Below, one piece after another: positions 10,550 through 22,756 of a DNA stretch of 64,000 bases. This DNA comes from Squalus acanthias. Its lineage: Eukaryota. The stretch's first letter is position 1. The number at the start of each line of letters is the position of its first letter. The notes under the pieces were generated by a model, which was not told the DNA's origin, did no database searches, and was given only the letters and a program-made list of their open reading frames with translations. Both the position numbers and the translations under genes were made by a program. The DNA lies in NCBI GenBank assembly GCA_030390025.1, contig CM059431.1:137270001-137334000 (forward strand). Reading direction: 5' to 3'.

Positions 10550-13047
10550 TTAATTTTTCATTTTTTTAACCAACATCAGAATCAATGTCCAAGGAGATTT
10601 CAGCACCTTCTTCAGCTCTTCCCTGAATTTAGTTTGTGTAGCTGCATAAATACACGTGTTTGTACAGGAGATCAAATACTTGAGCATATATCCGGTTTCA
10701 GTGGCGATGTATACAGGGTCTGTATAATCGGGTCGGTGATGCACGGCCAGGTTGTTAACTACAGAACTCACGGCAGATGTCAGCCACAACAATATAAAAC
10801 TGCCCGATACAGTGAACAGTAAAATGATGGATTTCCTTCGGCTCTCCATCTCTGGATCGCTCTGATTCTCACTGCTTTCAGCCCGGAGTTTCCTGCGGAC
10901 TCTACTGGCCACTAAAATACGCCTGACTATCAAACAATTAAACAGTAATATCAAAACAAAAGGAACGCATGGGTTTAAAATATTTTCTAACTGGGAGTAG
11001 GCTACACCTGCAGGCGATGAATAAAAGGCCGCACTGGGGCGGAAACCCCAGGGAACATTGTTGATTATTTGTTTGTGTTCAAAGGCAAACAAATAGGGGA
11101 TGTTCTCTAAATAAATCAGGACAGAGACCGTTGTTATAACCGCGGCCGCAGTTCTCACTGTGCAATACTTGGTTTTAAATTTCTGACAACATATAGCAAT
11201 AAAACGGTCAAATGTGAAGGGGACGGTAAACCACACCGACATATCCAGGTTGATACAACCCATGTACATCATGAGTTTACAAACGGCAGTGTAGGACAGG
11301 AATCAATATGGGAAGTGTTTACTCAAAATGCGGTACACGATTACATTGATGATCATGACCAGTAGATCTGCTGTTGCCATGGCCACCATGTAGACAGAGA
11401 TACATTTGGAAAGGCCGCATTTTCCTCTGGAGAGAATCACCATTGTCAATAGGTTCGCTGTAAGAAAGAGGGACAAGAGTAAGTAATGGGGACAGTCGGA
11501 TAAATATTACAGCGTATTGTGGGGAGATGAACCGATGTGTTCCGACTGAGGGTTATGCACACGGATTCTGTTTATAATTTAGGCGAGCATTGACCTTATA
11601 TTTTTCAAACGAAAGTAATCATTAAACACTCAATATCGAGGAAGTGGGAATGCGCCGTCATTCCAGCACACTTCAGTCAGACTGTGTCAAGACGGTGGGT
11701 GAAGGTGAGTGCTGGGAAGGTCGCTCGTATCCAGTATCGGTAATGGTAACGGATAGCGACCCCAGCATCACCGACAGCCAGGCACTGATGGCTCAACGGA
11801 GGGGAATTTTGACTTTTGGCGATAGTGTAAAACCGGCGACAAAGAATCAGTCGACCATGATGCATCTCTTCCGACTGAATCTCCATCGCTATCGCCACTG
11901 ACACTATATTCATGCATAAAAACTGAAAATGCTGGCAATACTCAGCAAAACCAGCATCATCTGTGGAGAGGGAAACAAAGTGAACTTTTCATGTCGAAAC
12001 CTTTCGTTTGAAATCCATTGCGGGTCCATTCACACTTTAACGGTGCGGTCCAGGTCAAGCCGCAGTACCTCGCAGGGACGGTCCAGTTACAGATTAAAGT
12101 CCCTTAAAGGGCAACCTTGGATAGTTATATAACTTGTTAATTTTCACAGTCAATAAAGAAACGGATTGCCTTACATACATCCGAACACACATTCCATTGC
12201 AGTGTGTCGCGCTGAAACCATCCCGCCATGAAGCTGGGACCATGTGATGCATCGAGCCAATTTGATGAGTTACGACAGCGGCCCCAGGGAGCAATTGATG
12301 GAATTTTACATTTAATCTCATCGGTTTAATTGGCGAGGGGGATCTCTTGAGCGGCATCAGATGTCAGCTGTATTCAATATAATTTACAAACAATTACTGG
12401 AAAGATATGAATTCAAATAATACATTCAGCTGTGCCAGAAACATTCGATGTAGGTCGAAACTCTGCGCTTTTTCTATTTATAATGGCCCCGAGGAAGCTG
12501 CTCGGTAACAGAGCGGGAGCTGGTGGAGCCGCGAAGGTTCATTGCAGCCGAGGGGAGGGGAGCAGCTCCCGTGAGCGGCAATTATTGCTCAAAATATCTT
12601 TCATAGTCCTCTGATGGGTGGAGGTGGCTGCAGTTCAAGGAAATATCAAATTAAAGTAGACAGGGAACAACGGTACAGATTAAATGATTACCATGGACAC
12701 AAAGCATCACATTATTTAATGATCTATGTACTGTTGGAGGGGCCGGGGAATCAGCCTGGCCCTCCCTCAGTAAGCGGGGAAAAGTTGAACTCCCGGTGGT
12801 CACGATCGAGCGACCAGAACAGCGCCTCAGCGGCCGCGCGGACTAATCGGTTTCCCGCTGATATTCACCGACTGATCCCGGTGGATCAATGACTCTGCAA
12901 TGAGGACATGCTCGGAATCTGTTACATTAACACTGAGATAGTCAACAGTTATTAGACAACAGAATACATTAACTCACCGGCAATGCCAAATGTTGCGAGA
13001 ATAGGATAGTAAATTTGCATTATCTGTAGAATTGTTGGCAGTTCCAT
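10550..13047 (-). pseudogene. GPR139-like class A GPCR, copy 2; two exons (13047-12978, 11457-10550) with one premature stop
   Basis: Exon 1 MELPTILQIMQIYYPILATFGIA with phase-1 donor G|GTGAGT; acceptor TCTTACAG|CG at 11457; 7TM motifs MATADLLV, FTFDRFIAIC, SCTNTCIYAATQTKFR. In-frame TGA at 11303-11305. The ECL2 Cys of copy 1 (WGCY) reads WGFR here. Confidence 0.9.
11912..12015. mobile_element. Short non-autonomous retroelement fragment (probably Penelope-derived) in the GPCR intron
   Basis: aaaactgaaaatgctggcaatactcagc..gcatcatctgtggagagggaaac is absent from the homologous intron of copy 1 (about 2710). It is related, inverted, to 16300-16373. Confidence 0.55.
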
Positions 13048-13379
13048 TATAAGAAAATATGCGAAATCTGTCCAGCTTTACGGTTCGGACTGGAGTGTAT
13101 CTGAGATCGGTAAATACTCCTCATTTCTGGAACAATCGGAGCCCCGATCAGAAAAACAGGTTACTCAATATTTGGCGTTAGTTACAGTCACTTAACAAAC
13201 AAGGGGCGATTTTCCGCTTCAGTGCGCCCGGGCCGCCAATGGGGAAATTGTACGGAACGCTAAATGGAACATCCCTCCTGGACACTGCGTTAGGCTCTTG
13301 GGATCTCAAATTCATTCGGTGAAAACTTCACTCATCCATTGTCTAATTTAAATTTGTTTTGTTACTGTTATGATACCTA

Positions 13380-14838
13380 GTGATTACTCCGCTCTAATAT
13401 TACTGGCAATGATTCATCGCTAACAATACTGGTGACGACTCCTCTCTAACATTGCTGGCGGTGACCCTACCCTAATATTACTGGTAATGACGGTACACTT
13501 ACATTAATGCTGGTGCTCCAATTCTATCGTTACTGGTGGTGATTATACTCTACGAGTACCGCTGGTAACCTAACCCAAAAAGTAATGGTGAGGGTACACT
13601 CTAACATTATTGCTGGTAATCTTACTCTAACATTCCTGGTGGTGATCCTACACTGTAATTACTGGTGGTGACCCTACTCCAACATAATTGTGGTGACCCG
13701 ACTCTAACATTACTGGTGGTGACTGTATTCTGCCATTACTGGTGGCGACTCTACTCTAACATTACTGGTGTTGACTTTACTGTAACATTAATGCGGGTGA
13801 CCGTACAGTAACGTTACTGGTGGTGTCCCTACTCTAACATTACTGGTGGTGACTATACCATGATATTACTGGTGGTGGCTTCACCATAACATAAATCGTG
13901 TTGACACTACTTTAATATTAGTGGTGGTGACTCTAATCTAACATAAATCGTGGTGAGTCCACTCTAACATTACTGGTGGTGACCCTACTCTAACATTATT
14001 GGTGGTGACACTACTTTAATATTACTGGTGGTGACCCTACTCTAACATTACTGCTGGTGACCGTACACTAACGTTGCTGGTAGTGTCCCTACTCCAACAT
14101 TAATGGTGGTGACTCTACTCTAATATTACTGCTAGTGACTCTACTCTAAAAGAAATGATGGTGACCCGACTGTAACATTACTGGTGGTGAAAGTACTCTA
14201 ACATTACTGGTGGTGACTCTACTCTAACATTACTGGTGGTGACTCTACACTTACATTACTGGTGGTGAAACTACTCTAACATTACTGGTGGTGACCCAAC
14301 TCTAACATTACTGGTGGTGACTCTACTCTAACATTACTGGTGGTGACTCTACACTTACATTACTGATGGTGACTCTAGTCTACCATTACTGGTGGTGACC
14401 CTACTCAACCACTACTGGTAGTGACCCTAATCGAACATTACTGGTGGTAGCCTTATTGTAAATTTGCTGGTAATCCCCCTACATAACATTAATGGTAATG
14501 GCCGTACACTGACATATGCTTTGCGGACTCTATGTTAGCATTACTGGTTGTTATTCTACTGGTGAGGACTATACTCTAGCGTTACTGGTAGTGACCCCAC
14601 TCTAACTTTGCTGCAGGTGACTATATTCTAATGTCATTGGTGGTGACCTTGATCTAACATAACTTGCGGTGACCGAACTGTAACCTTACCGATGGCGAGT
14701 CTACACTACCATTACTGGTGCTCAGTCAACTTTTACATTTTTGGTGATAACCCTATTCTAACATTATTATTGATGTATCTACACTAACATTAGAGGTAAT
14801 AACGACACTTTAACATTTCTGATGGTAACCCTACTCCA
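13380..14838. repeat. 26-bp minisatellite, about 55 copies
   Basis: Consensus tggtgactctactctaacattactgg; homogeneous in the centre and decayed at both edges. Confidence 0.95.
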
Positions 14839-16260
14839 CATAAGAACATAAGAATAAGGAGCAGGAATCAAAGAGTCATAGAGTCATTGAGTCATATTCA
14901 TAGACACATACGGCACAGAAGGTGGCCATTCGGCCCATCGAGTCCGTGCCGGTTCTCTGTAGAGCAATCCTGTCAGTCCCATTCCCCCGCTCTATCCCTG
15001 TAACCCTGCAAGTTTATTTCCCTCAAGTGCCTAGCCAGTCTCCCTTTGAAAATATTGTGTGTCTCCACTTCCACCACTTCCGTCAGCACTGAATTCCACG
15101 ACCTCACCACTCGCTGCGTAAAAAAGTTTTTCCTCACGTCCCCACTGTATCTCTTGCCCAAAACCTTAAATCTGTGTCCCCTTGTCCTTGTTCCACCAAT
15201 TAGTGGGATCAGCCTTTCCCTATCTAGCCTATCCAAACCCTTCATAATCTTGTACACCTCTATAAAATCGTCCCTCAACTTCCTTTACTCGAATGAAAAC
15301 AAGTGCACTTTCTCCAAACAGTCCTTACAGCTAAGATCCACCAACCACGGAACTATTCAGCAAATCTCCTCTGCACCCTCTCAAGGGCCTTCACATCCTT
15401 CCTAATGTTTGGTGACTAGACCTGGACACAATACTCCAGTTGTGGCTTAACCAGCACTTTATAAATGTTCAGCACAACTTCTCTACTTTTGTACTCAATA
15501 CCTCTATTTATAAAGCCCAACATTCCATATGCTTTGCGAACCATTCTCTCAATATGTCCTGCCACCTTCAGGGATCTATGCACAACAACTCCCAGGTACC
15601 TCTTTCTCTGCACGCTCTTTAAATCTGTGCTATTCCGTGTATATTGCTTCTCCTTGTTCCTTCTGCCAAAATGCTTCACCTCACAATTCCCTGTATTAAA
15701 TTGTATCTGCTACTTGTCTGCCCATTATGCTAGCCTTTCTATGTCCTGTTGCAGATTCATCCTCTAAGTTTGGTGTCATCGGCAAATTTAGAAATTCTAC
15801 TCTGTATTCCAATATCCAGGTCATTTATATATATATCAAAAAAGCAGTGGCCCCAGCACCGACCCTTGGAGAACACCATTGTCTACCATCCTCCAACCTG
15901 AAAAACAGCCATTTAACACAACTCGCTCTTTTCTGTCCTTAAGCCAATTCATTACTGAAGCTGCTGACCCATCTATTCCATGAACCTCAAATTTGTTAAC
16001 CAGCCTTCTATGTGGTACTTTGCCCAACGCCTTCGGAAAATTCATGTAGATAACATCCATTGCATTCCCTTCATCAATCCTCTCTGTTATTTCATCAAAA
16101 AATTCAATTAGATTAGTCAAACACGATCTGCCTTTTAGAAATCCATGTTGGTTCTCCTCAATTAGCTTAAACCTCTCCAAGTGCCCGTAAATTTTTTCCT
16201 TGATGATTGTTTCTAAAATTTTACCCACCACTGATGTTAAACTGACCGGCCTGTAGTTAC

Positions 16261-16373
16261 ATTACAAAAGCAAAGTACTGTGGATGCTGGAAATCTGAAA
16301 CGGTAACTCTGTTTGTCTCTTCACAGATGCTGTCTGACCTGCTGAGTATTTACCGCATTTTCAGTTTTTATTT
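16261..16373. mobile_element. 113-bp insertion with 10-bp TSD
   Basis: CTGTAGTTAC at 16251-16260 and 16374-16383; same family as 11912-12015. Confidence 0.8.
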
Positions 16374-16512
16374 CTGTAGTTACTAGGATTGTCCTTACAA
16401 CCTTTCTTGAACAATGGTGTCACATTTGCCACTTTCCAATCCTCAGGCACCTCCCCCGCATCTAGGGAAGATTGGAAAATTCTGGCAAGCCTATTCACTA
16501 TCTCCTCCCACA

Positions 16513-19462
16513 AGGGTATTCAGTATTTAGGAAGGATCGACAAAAAAGAAAGGGAGGAGGGGTAGCATTGCTGGTAAAAGAAGGGATAAATGCAATTGAA
16601 AGGAAGGATATTAACTCAGTTAATACAGAATCTATATGGGTGGAGCTAAGAAATAGCGAGGGGCGAAAAACATTAATAGGAGTGGTATATAGGCCTCCAA
16701 ATAGTAAAATAGAGGTTGGGGAGGGCATCACGAGGGAAATTAGAGAAGCGTGCAATAAGAGCACAGCTGTCATCATAGGTGACTTTAACTTACATATAGA
16801 TTGGAATAGCCTAATCAGTAAAAATAATGAGGAGGAGGAATTCCTTGAGTGTTTAAGGGATGGTTATCTGGATCAATATGTCGAGGAACCAACTCGGGAA
16901 CAGGCTATATTGGACTGGGTACTGTGCAATGAGAAGGGACTAATTAGTAATCTTGTTGTACGGGGACCCTTGGGTCAGAGCGATCATAACATGATCGATT
17001 TCTCACTCGAAATGGAGAGCGAAGAAATTGACTCAGATACTAAGGTCCTGAATTTAAACAAGGGGAATTATGATGCCATTAGACGGGAACTGAGTAGGTC
17101 TGATTGGACAACGTTCCTGGGAGGACTGGAGGTAGATAAACAATGGCAAGCATTTAAAGGTAGAATGACAAAATTGCAAAAATTGTTTATACCAATCTGG
17201 CATAAAAGGAAATCTAAAAAGGTGACTCAACCGTGGATAACAGGGGAAATTAGAGACAGCATAAAATCCAAAGATAGGGCGTATAAATTAGCAAAAAAAA
17301 AGCGCCAGAGCGGAAGATTGGGAACAGTTTAAGATAGAGCAAAGGAGGACAAAGGGCTTAATCAAGAGGGGCAAAATAGCTTACGAAAGCAAGCTGGCGG
17401 AAAATATAAAAACTAACTCCAAAAGCTTTTATAAGTATATCAAGAGGAAAAGACTGGTGAAAACCAAAGTTGGCCCATTGCAGTCAGATACGGGGGAATA
17501 TATAACGGGAAATAAAGAAATGGCAGACCAACTAAATGCATACTTTGGGTCAGTCTTTACGAAGGAAGACACAAAAAACCTCCCTGGGATATCGGGAAAA
17601 ATAGGGACATTTGCAAAGGAGGAACTGACGCAAGTCAATATCTCTAAGGATATGGTGTTAAGGAAGCTAAAGGGATTGAAGGCGGACAAATCCCCAGGGC
17701 CTGATAACATGCATCCTAGGGTGCTGAAGGAGGTGGCCCTAGAGATAGCGGATGCACTAAGTATGATTTTTCAGAATTCATTAGACTCGGGAACAGTGCC
17801 CATGGATTGGAGGGTAGCTAACGTTACCCCACTATTCAAAAAGGGGGGTAGGGAAAAAGCAGGTAATTACAGACCTGTAAGCCTTACATCAGTTGTGGGC
17901 AAAATGCTGGAGTCCATCATTAAGGATGAAATAGCGGAGCACTTAGCAAATGGGGACAGGATAGGACAGAGTCAACATGGATTTACAAAGGGTAAATCGT
18001 GCTTGACTAATCTATTGGAATTTTTTGAGGGAGTAACTGGTAAAATAGATGGGGGAGAGCCAGTAGATGTGGTGTACCTGGACTTCCAAACGGCCTTCGA
18101 TAAGGTCCCACATAAAAGATTAGCAGGGAAAATTGAAGCTCATGGGATAAAGGGGAAAGTATTGACGTGGATAGAGAACTGGCTGTCAGATAGAAAACAG
18201 AGAGTTGGAATAGAAACATAGAAACATAGAAACATAGAATCTAGGAGCAGGAGTAGGCCATTCGGCCCGTCGAGCCTGCTCCGCCATTCAATACGATCAT
18301 GGCTGATCATCCAAATCCAGTACCCTGTCCCTGCTTTAATCCCCACAGTACACATATCCCACCCTACCCCCGTAACCCCACGTATTTAATTCCCCCTAAC
18401 GGCTCATTTTCTGAATGGCTGGCAGTAACAAGTGGGGTACCACAGGGATCTGTCCTGGGTCCCCAGCTGTTCACAATTTACATTAATGACCTGGATCAGG
18501 GAGTCGGATGCAGCATTTCCAAATTTGCAGACGACACTAAACTAGGAGGAGGGGTGGGCTCAGAGGAGGAGACCAGGAAGCTCCAGAGCGATTTGGACAG
18601 ACTGGGTGATTGGGCGGATAAATGGCAGATGCACTATAATGTGGACAAGTGCGAAGTTATCCACCTTGGGTGCAGGAACGGGAGGGCAAATTATTATTTA
18701 AATGGCAATAAATTGGGAGAGGGGGAAGTACAGAGAGACCTGGGTGTTCTTGTACACCAGTCACTGAAGGCGAGCATGCAGGTGCAACAGGCGATCAAGA
18801 AGGCAAACGGTATGCTGGCCTTCATAGCAAAAGGGTTGGAATACAGGAACAGGGATACCTTGCTGCAGCTGTACAGGGCACTGGTGAGACCACAGCTCGA
18901 GTACTGTGTACAGTTTTGGTCGCCTCATCTGAGGAAAGATGTTCTTGCCATGGAGGGGGTGCAGCGGCGATTCACCAGGCTGATACCAGGAATGGCGGGA
19001 TTGACCTATGAGGAGAGACTATGTAGTTTAGGGATGTACACACTGGAGTTTAGAAGATTGAGAGGGGACCTCATAGAAGTGTATAAAATTCTGACAGGTC
19101 TAGACAGACTAGATGCAGAAGAAATGTTTCCCTTGGCGGGTGAGAACAGAACTAGAGGACATAATTTAAGGATAAGGGCTAAACCATTTAGGACAGAAAT
19201 GATGGGGAATTTCTTCACTCAGAGGGTGGTGAACCTGTGGAACTCATTGCCACAGAGGGCAGTGTACGCCAGCTCATTAAATATATTTAAGAGGGAATTA
19301 GATATATTTCTACAGGCAAAAGGGGTTAAGGGTTACGGAGAGAAGGCGGGGACGGGATACTGAATTGGAGGATCAGCCATGATCTCATTAAATGGCGGAG
19401 CAGGCTCGAAGGGCCGGATGGCCTACTCCTGCTCCTATCTTCTATGTATCTATGTATCTATG
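16513..19462 (+). mobile_element. CR1 LINE 'B', 5'-truncated, ORF2 (APE endonuclease + RT) largely preserved
   Basis: ORFs 16472..17332 (IIGDFN, SDHN), 17457..18221 (KSPGPD, YRPVSLTS) and 18299..19363 (GVPQGSVLGP, FADD). One frameshift at an A-run near 17295 plus a SINE insertion; (TATGTATC)n tail. Confidence 0.95.
18211..18400 (-). mobile_element. 5'-truncated V-SINE (tail-swapped subfamily) inside CR1 B
   Basis: Essentially identical to 40075-40255; interrupts RT between QRVGI and NGSFSEW. Confidence 0.85.
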
Positions 19463-22400
19463 TAATTCCCTTAGCAACCTGGGATCGCAGCCATCTGGAC
19501 CAGGTGACTTATATACTCTTTGCATACCCAGCCTTTCTAGTACATGCTCTCTGTCAATTTTCACCCCTTCCATTGCTTGCAGCTTGTCCAATTCTACAGA
19601 TATTTTTCAGCATCCACCTCCTTAGTAAACACCGATACAAAGTTCTCATTGAGTGTTCTAACCTTGCCCTGCACCGCTAAGCATATATCACATTTTGTTG
19701 TCCCTAATAGGCCCCACCCTGCCTCTTACTGCCCGCTTACTGTTTACATGCCGGTAGAAGTTTTTTGGGTTCCCTTGTATGTTAACAGGAATTCTACTCT
19801 CATATTCTCTCTTTGCCAATCTTGTTTTCAACTTCACTTCCCCTCTCAACTTATTGTATTTGGTCTGGTTCTCCTTTGAAGAGTTCACCTGACATGCATC
19901 ATGCACCCTTTTCTTTGTTTCATCATCTTCTCTGTCTCGCTCGTCATCCAAAGAGCCCCTACTTTGTTTCCTTTTCCCTTCCCTCTTGTTGGAATGTTCC
20001 TAGCCTGTACTTGCAACATCTCCTCCTTAATGATCATCCATTGTTCCATTAAGTTGTTCCTCTAAGTCTTTGGTTCCATTTTAATTTTGCCAGATCCTTT
20101 TGCATCCCATTGAAGTTAGCTCTATCCCAGTTTAGATTTAGACCTCCAGGTTGTTCCTTGATCCTCACCATTGTTAATCTAAATCTTATGTTAGGATGAT
20201 CACTCATACCCAAGTGTTCTCCCACAGACACTTGGCCGACCTGGATCACCTAATTCCGCAGCACCAGATTCAGCAATGCCTCCTTCCTAGTTGGGCCAAG
20301 AACATATTTGTCAAGGAAATTCTACTGAGCACATTTCAAAAATTTCTACTCCATTTTCCTTTTACCCTAGCATTACCCTAGCGGCAGCAGGGCATTTGCA
20401 ATATCATAATGCAATCAATCTGAGTCAGCATGGTTTTATGAAGGAGAAATCATGTTTAACAAATTTGCTGGAGTTCTTTGACGGTGTAACGAGCAGTGTA
20501 GATAAAGGTGTGCCAGTGGATGTGGTGTATTTAGATTTCCAGAAGGCATTCGATAAGGTGCCACATAGAAGGTTACTGCATAAGGTAAGAGCTCACGGAG
20601 TTGGAGGTAATATATTAGCATGGATAGAGAATTAGCGAACTAACAGAAAGCAGAGAGTCGGGATGAATGGGTCATTTTACAGTTGGCAAACGGTAACTAG
20701 TGGGGTGCCACAAGGATCGCTGCTTGGGCCTCAACTACTTAAATCTACATTAATGACATGGATGAGGGGACCGAGTGTAATGTAGCCAAATTTGCGGATG
20801 ATACAATGCTGGGTGGGAAAGCAAGTTGTGCAGAGGACTCAAAGAATCTGCAATGGGATATAGACAGGCTAAGTGAGTGGGCAAACATTTGGCAGACAGT
20901 GTATAATGTGGGAAAGTGCGAGGTTATCCACTTTGGCAGGAAAAATAAAAAAGCAAATTATTATTTAAATGGAGAGAGATTACAAAATGCTACAGTTCAG
21001 AGGGACCTGGGGGTCATTGTGCATGAAACACAAAAAGTTAGCATGCAGGTACAGCAAGTAATCAAAAAGGCAAATGGAAGGTTGGCCTTTATTGCAAGGG
21101 GGTTGGAGTATAAAGGCAGGGAAGTCCTGCTGCATCTACACAAGCTTTTGGTGAGATCACACCTTGAGTACTGCATCCAGTTTTGGTTCCATATTTAAGG
21201 AAATATACACGTCCATTGGAGGCAGTTCAGAGACGATTCAATAGGTTAATTTCAGAGATGAGGGGGTTGACTTATGAAGAAAGGTTGAGCAAGTTGTGCC
21301 TAAACTCATTGGAATTTAGAAGAATGAGAGGTGATCGTATTGAAACATATAAGATACTGAGGGGGCTCGATAAGGTAGATGCAGAGAGGATGTTTCCCCT
21401 CGTGGGGAAATCTAGAACTCGGGGGCAAAGTTTCAGAATAAAGGGTCGTCCTTTTATAACTGGGATGAGGAGGAATTTCTTCTTTCAGAGGGTCGTAAAT
21501 CTGTGGAATTCTCTGCCCCAGAGAGCTGTGGAGGCCGGGTCATTATATACATTTAAGGTGGAGATAGACAGATTTTTGCAAGATAAGGGAGTGAATGGTT
21601 ATGGGGATTGAGCAGGGAAGTGGCTTTGAGTCAATGTTCAGCCATGATCTTATTGAATGGCGTTGCAGGCTCGAGCGGCCAAGTGGCCTATTCATAGAAA
21701 CATAGAAACAGAGAACAGTACAGCACAGTACAGGCCCTTCGGCCCTCGATGATGTGCCGAGCATTGTCCGAAACCAAGATCAAGCTATCCCACTCCCTAT
21801 CATTCTGGTGTGCTCCATGTGCTTATCCAATAACCGCTTGAAAGTTCAGAAAGTGTCCGACTCCACTATCACAGCAGGCAGTCCATTCCACACCCCAACC
21901 ACTCTCTGAGTAAAGAATCTACCTCGGACATCCCTTCTATATCTCCCCCCATGCACCTTATAGTTATGCCCCCTTGTAACAGCTACCTCCACACGAGGAA
22001 ATAGTCTCTGAACATCCACTCTATCTATCCCCTCATTATCTTATAAACATCTATTAAGTCGCCTCTCATCCTCCTCCGCTCTAAAGAGAAAAGCCCTAAC
22101 TCCCTCAATCTTTCCTCATAAGACCTCCCCCCCAAACCAGGCAGCATCCTGGTAAATCTCCTTTGCACTCTTTCCAATGCTTCCACGTCCTTCCTATAGT
22201 GAGGTGACCAGAACTGCACACAATATTCCAAATGTGGTCTCACCAAGGTTCTGTACAGTTGTAGCATAACCTCACGGTTCTTAAACTCAAACCCCTTGTT
22301 AATAAACGCTAACACACTATAGGCCTACTTTACTGCTCTATCCACTTGAGTGGCAACCTTCAGAGATCTGTGGATATGAACCCCCAGATCCCTCTGTTCC

Positions 22401-22756
22401 TCCACGTTCCTCAGAACCCTGCCGTTGACCCTGTAATCCTTATTCAAATTTGCCCTACCAAAATGAATCACCTCGCACTTATCAGGGTTAAATTCCATCT
22501 GCCATTTTTCGGCCCAGCTCTGCATCCTATCAATGTCTCTTTGCAGCCTACAACAGCCCTCCACCTCATCCACTACTTCACCAATCTTGGTGTCATCAGC
22601 AAATTTACTGATCCACCCTTCAGTCCCCTCCTCCAAGTCATTGATAAAAATCACAAACAGCAGAGGACCCAGCACCGACCCCTGTGGCACACCGCTGGTA
22701 ACTGGTCTCCAGTCCGAAAATTTTCCATCCACCACCACCCTCTGCCTTCTATGAGA

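Noticed and set aside
1530..11305. Selenocysteine or readthrough recoding of the two GPCR TGAs
   Set aside because: The stops are at non-homologous positions that are Gly or Ser in the paralog, no SECIS was recognised, and other decay substitutions are present.
11985..12015. Third hammerhead ribozyme in the short intronic insert
   Set aside because: The core is degenerate (CAAACGA instead of CTGANGA), so it cannot be called functional.
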